A DNA stretch of 64,000 bases from Nitrospinota bacterium (GTDB lineage: Bacteria > UBA8248): the NCBI GenBank assembly GCA_036231405.1, contig JAZAHK010000046.1, positions 96,001 to 160,000 of the forward strand, read 5' to 3'. A program made the position numbers and the translations under genes. Shown here piece by piece: positions 60,314 through 64,000 of the stretch. Under the pieces are notes generated by a model. It did no database searches, was not told where the DNA came from, and saw nothing but the letters and a program-made list of their open reading frames with translations. Position 1 is the first letter of the stretch. Every line of letters begins with the position of its first letter.

Positions 60314-60694
60314 GTGAAGTCGGAAATACATCCTGAAGTTTTCGAAACTAAGGTTTCTTGTAGTGGTTGTGGTGTTGAGTTCGTTACTTCTTCCACAATA
60401 TCAGAAATGAGAGTCGAAGTTTGTTCTGAATGTCATCCATTTTTTACTGGAAAACAGGCTAGAATTGTTGACTCTGAAGGAAGGGTTGAGAAGTTTATTA
60501 AAAAATTTGAAGGAAAAAGTGCCAGGGTTTCTAAGAGAAAAAGAAGGCAAGAAACTGCTGCTACCGAACGCATGGTAGTGGAAAAAGAAGCAAAGGAAAA
60601 AAAAGCAAAAGATTCAGAAAAAAAGGATTTAGCTAATCAGGAAGAAAAAGCTCAAGAAGGTAGTTCTGAAGAAAGCGTTTCAAGTTCTCAATAA
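60314..60694 (+). CDS. rpmE: 50S ribosomal protein L31 (Zn-binding type) with C-terminal extension
   Basis: [29 protein letters not shown]; rho-rpmE-prfA-prmC order. Confidence 0.95.
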   Translation: MKSEIHPEVFETKVSCSGCGVEFVTSSTISEMRVEVCSECHPFFTGKQARIVDSEGRVEKFIKKFEGKSARVSKRKRRQETAATERMVVEKEAKEKKAKDSEKKDLANQEEKAQEGSSEESVSSSQ

Positions 60695-60812
60695 CCCTCG
60701 GTTTGAAAAATAAATTCTTGAAATGAATTAATTTTTCTCAGCAATTCCTTTTTCAATTATCTGTTTTTAGTAAATTCCCACAGTTTCCTAATTATTTTGG
60801 AGTTCAGTAAGA

Positions 60813-61889
60813 ATGTTCGAGAAATTTGAAAAAATTGTCGGAAGATTCAACGAGTTAGAGAATCAACTTGTGAGTCCCAACGTCACACGTGATAGAAATA
60901 ATTTTGAAAAAATAGCACGTGAACATAAGGAATTGGCCGAGATTGTAAAAACTTTTCATGATTGGGAAAAATTAAAAAAGAAAAAAGATGAAGCTGAAGT
61001 TTTATTAAGTGAAACCGATTCTGAAATACAAAAACTTGCTTTAGAAGAGGTTGAGGAAGTAAATTCTAAAATTGAAGCAATTGAATTAGTTTTAAAGAGA
61101 TTGCTTTTACCTAAAGATCCAAACGATGAAAAAAATGTAATTTTAGAAGTGAGAGCTGGGACAGGTGGTCTTGAGGCAGCTCTTTTCGCAGGGGATTTGT
61201 ATAGGATGTATATAAGGTATGCTGAATTTAAAAAATGGTCTATCGAAGAACTTTCTCGAAGTGAGAATAACCTTGGCGGAATTAAAGAGGGAGTGATTTT
61301 AATAAAAGGTACTGGTGTATACAGTCGTCTTCGTTTTGAAAGTGGAACTCATAGAGTTCAGCGTGTGCCTGTCACGGAAACTTCTGGAAGGATACATACG
61401 TCAGCGGCCACTGTTGCGGTGCTTCCTGAAGCTGATGAAGTGACATTAAATATTCAAGACAAGGATATTCGAGTAGATGTGTATAGATCATCAGGCCCAG
61501 GTGGTCAAAGCGTGAATACTACTGATTCTGCTGTCAGGATAACTCATCTAGAAAGCGGACTTGTTGTTACATGTCAAGATGAAAAGAGCCAGCATAAGAA
61601 TCGTGCAAAAGCAATGAAGATTCTTTCGGCACATTTGCTTGACTTGGAGATTCAAAAACAAAATGCAGAAATATCTTCTCAAAGGAAAAATCAAGTAGGT
61701 TCTGGTGATAGAAGTGAGAGGATAAGAACTTATAATTTCCCTCAAGATAGAGTTACAGATCACCGTATTGGAGAGACAAAGCACGGGGTCATGAATTTCA
61801 TTGAAGGCCAAATAGATGAAATGGTTGACAGCATTGTTTCTGGTTTTGAGGCTGAACGTCTAGCTGAATTTGAAGAAAATAGTGTTTGA
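60813..61889 (+). CDS. prfA: Peptide chain release factor 1
   Basis: RAGTGG, HRVQRVPVTE (PxT), GPGGQSVN, RTYNFPQ. Confidence 0.97.
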   Translation: MFEKFEKIVGRFNELENQLVSPNVTRDRNNFEKIAREHKELAEIVKTFHDWEKLKKKKDEAEVLLSETDSEIQKLALEEVEEVNSKIEAIELVLKRLLLPKDPNDEKNVILEVRAGTGGLEAALFAGDLYRMYIRYAEFKKWSIEELSRSENNLGGIKEGVILIKGTGVYSRLRFESGTHRVQRVPVTETSGRIHTSAATVAVLPEADEVTLNIQDKDIRVDVYRSSGPGGQSVNTTDSAVRITHLESGLVVTCQDEKSQHKNRAKAMKILSAHLLDLEIQKQNAEISSQRKNQVGSGDRSERIRTYNFPQDRVTDHRIGETKHGVMNFIEGQIDEMVDSIVSGFEAERLAEFEENSV

Positions 61890-61908
61890 AAATAATAAAG
61901 TGTAAATT

Positions 61909-62787
61909 TTGATTTCTTACATAAATAGATTTAGTTCACCTATGTTGGGTTATGAATTATCTTCTATGAAAGAGAGGTTCCTCCTTGCTGGTTTAGAAAG
62001 TTCTTCTCTAGATGCAGAATTGATTTTTGCTTTTGTTTTAGGAATTAGACGTTCTAAGATTTATGCTTTTCCTGAAAGATTAATTTCTCCTGAAGAGATG
62101 GCTTTAATTAAAAAGCTTAGTCAAAGAAGAGAAAATCATGAACCTATAGCTTATATTCTGAAAGAAAAAGAGTTCTGGTCTACAAAGTTCTCTCTTCATG
62201 AGAATGTTTTTATTCCTAGGCCAGAAACAGAACTACTGGTAGAACTTGCTCTCAAGAATTTAAATAAACATAATTCTTCTATTGTATTTGATATAGGATG
62301 TGGTAGCGGTGCTATTGGAATCTCAATTGCACTCCAATTAATAGACTGTAAGGTTTTTGCCTCGGATATAAGTAAAGATGCGACAGTGTGCTCTATTCAA
62401 AATGCTTCTGTAAATTTATTAAAAAATTTTTCAGTAGTTCAAACTTTTTTAATGACTGGTTTTGTTGAAAAGAATTTTGTGGATTTGATTGTTTCTAATC
62501 CTCCTTATATTGCAACTGATGAAATTCAAAATCTTGTTCCAGAGGTTGTAAATTACGAGCCCAGATTAGCACTCGATGGGGGAAAAAATGGAATGTTACA
62601 TCTATGTGCGATTATAAAAGAATCCGCGTCATATCTCGTTCCTCAAGGGACTTTATTATTAGAGATGGATCCTCATCAGGTAGGGAGTTGCATAAAAGAA
62701 ATAAATATTTCCGGTAAATATGGAGTTCCGAATGTTCATAAAGATCTTGCTGGATTAGATAGAGTAATTGAGGTTAAAAGAAACTAA
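61909..62787 (+). CDS. prmC: Release factor glutamine methyltransferase (start uncertain)
   Basis: EPIAYI, FIPRPETE, DIGCGSGAI, SNPPY, EP.LALDGG. Confidence 0.95.
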   Translation: MISYINRFSSPMLGYELSSMKERFLLAGLESSSLDAELIFAFVLGIRRSKIYAFPERLISPEEMALIKKLSQRRENHEPIAYILKEKEFWSTKFSLHENVFIPRPETELLVELALKNLNKHNSSIVFDIGCGSGAIGISIALQLIDCKVFASDISKDATVCSIQNASVNLLKNFSVVQTFLMTGFVEKNFVDLIVSNPPYIATDEIQNLVPEVVNYEPRLALDGGKNGMLHLCAIIKESASYLVPQGTLLLEMDPHQVGSCIKEINISGKYGVPNVHKDLAGLDRVIEVKRN

Positions 62788-62788
62788 A

Positions 62789-64000
62789 ATGGAAAAATTT
62801 CTTATCAGCGGAGGAAGTTCTCTAAATGGAGAAATTGTTGCCAGCGGATCAAAAAATGCTGCTCTACCTTTACTTTTTCTGTGTCTAATGGCTGAAGATA
62901 AATGTGAGATTAGAAGAGTTCCAAATTTGACAGATATTCAGATCGCTTTACGACTTTTAGAAGTTTTTGGTGTCACTCATAACGCTAAGTCGAATAATTC
63001 TTTTTCTTTAGATCCCTCTAGAGTCCGTTTTGAAGTAGCCCCGTATGACTTAGTAAGTAAAATGAGGGCTTCCATTTTAATTTTAGGACCACTATTAGCT
63101 AGATTAGGTCATGCTTCAGTTCCGTTGCCTGGAGGATGCGCAATCGGGGCTAGACCTATTGACCAACATTTAAAAGGTTTAGTAGCAATGGGTGCTGATA
63201 TAAACTTAAAAAATGGTCTTATACATGCGAAAGTCGAACGTTTATGTGGAATTACCTTCAGTTTCGATATGGTAACTGTTACTGGTACTGCAAATCTCAT
63301 GATGGCAGGTGCTTTATCTAAGGGAGTGACAATTTTGAGAAATATTTCTCTTGAGCCTGAAATAATTTTCTTGTCAAACTTGTTAAATAAAATGGGAGCT
63401 AAAATACAAGTTTTGTCAGATAAAAGAACGATGGAAATAGAAGGAGTAACTTCTCTGGGAGGCTTTGAAACTGAAGTTCCACCTGACAGAGTTGAGGTTG
63501 GTACATTGATGATTGCAAGCCTTATTACTAAAGGTAAGGTTAAAATCTGTCGATGTTTTCCTGAAGATCTATCTTCTGTCATCGATTGCTTAAGTTTGGT
63601 TGGTGGTGAGATTTCTACTGGTAGTGATTGGATTGAAGTTCAAAGAAAAAATTTATTGACACCGCTAGATATAGAGACAAGTCCTTTCCCTGGATTTCCA
63701 ACAGATCTTCAGGCTCAATTTATGTCTTTAATGTGCTTAGCAAATGGAAGTTCTACTATTACTGAAACAATTTTTGAAAACAGGTTTATGCATGTAGCAG
63801 AATTGAATCGTATGGGAGCTAAGATTGTTCTTTCTGGCAGGGATGCTAAAATATCTGGTGTTAGTAGTTTGAATGGTGCTCCAGTTAATGCTACGGATCT
63901 TAGAGCAAGTGCTTCTCTAGTTCTAGCTGGTCTAGTTGCAAGAGGAGAAACGGTAATAGATTCAGTTTTCCACTTAGATAGAGGCTACGAAGCTTTGGAA
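62789..64000 (+). CDS. murA: UDP-N-acetylglucosamine 1-carboxyvinyltransferase (runs off the window end; absent from the ORF track)
   Basis: Manual translation from ATG 62789: MEKFLISGG..GSKNAALP, KMRAS, LPGGCAIGARP, PGFPTDLQAQ, FENRFMH, ATDLRAS, HLDRGYE. Confidence 0.96.
   Translation, partial: MEKFLISGGSSLNGEIVASGSKNAALPLLFLCLMAEDKCEIRRVPNLTDIQIALRLLEVFGVTHNAKSNNSFSLDPSRVRFEVAPYDLVSKMRASILILGPLLARLGHASVPLPGGCAIGARPIDQHLKGLVAMGADINLKNGLIHAKVERLCGITFSFDMVTVTGTANLMMAGALSKGVTILRNISLEPEIIFLSNLLNKMGAKIQVLSDKRTMEIEGVTSLGGFETEVPPDRVEVGTLMIASLITKGKVKICRCFPEDLSSVIDCLSLVGGEISTGSDWIEVQRKNLLTPLDIETSPFPGFPTDLQAQFMSLMCLANGSSTITETIFENRFMHVAELNRMGAKIVLSGRDAKISGVSSLNGAPVNATDLRASASLVLAGLVARGETVIDSVFHLDRGYEALE

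Noticed and set aside
60813-61889. Programmed frameshift in the release factor gene
   Set aside because: This is RF1 (PVT motif) in one continuous frame; the frameshift is a prfB feature.
823-63582. Numerous 60-160 aa ORFs antisense to or overlapping the called genes (e.g. 1555-1962, 30213-30614, 32334-32747, 49893-50330, 63109-63582)
   Set aside because: Shadow frames of well-supported genes with no recognisable motifs.
1-64000. CRISPR arrays, tRNA/rRNA genes (including selC), IS elements, defence systems
   Set aside because: No spaced repeats, no GC-rich structured intergenic blocks and no transposase or nuclease motifs seen; intergenic regions are short and AT-rich.

Overview
AT-rich (roughly 35% GC by eye), densely coding bacterial chromosomal window with no rRNA, tRNA, CRISPR, transposase or phage structural gene that I can recognise. 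Left two thirds (1-42.4 kb): a regulator-free patchwork of catabolic and redox enzymes (amidase, amine-dehydrogenase-like protein, two atypical acyl-CoA dehydrogenases, DapA-like aldolase, M24 and M20 hydrolases, rhodanese, PLP aldolase, cyclase, lactonase, VOC proteins, tandem Gfo/Idh/MocA), plus nadA-nadC, a 7Fe ferredoxin, a seven-gene mrpABCDEFG antiporter operon, msrB, a MATE pump and a two-subunit 2-oxoacid:ferredoxin oxidoreductase. Right third: a + strand housekeeping run (site-2 protease, trpS, ileS, lspA, rluD, thiolase, 3-hydroxyacyl-CoA dehydrogenase, gcvTHP, lipoyl ligase family, PHP, two DUF507, coaE, rho, rpmE, prfA, prmC, partial murA). That gene order suggests, by inference only, a Nitrospinota/Tectomicrobia/deltaproteobacteria-like lineage. 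The best hidden signal is a candidate selenoprotein that the ORF track truncates: a glutaredoxin-like domain with an in-frame UGA in a U-x-x-C motif, followed by a SECIS-like hairpin and fused to a DinB/thiol-S-transferase-like domain (32856-33608, minus), head-to-head with the oxidoreductase operon. Also notable: a 5'-truncated livG remnant at an abrupt junction, probable ATA/ATT and CTG starts (nadC, MATE), frequent TTG starts, and several enzymes with altered catalytic residues. All family calls come from motif recognition, not database searches.
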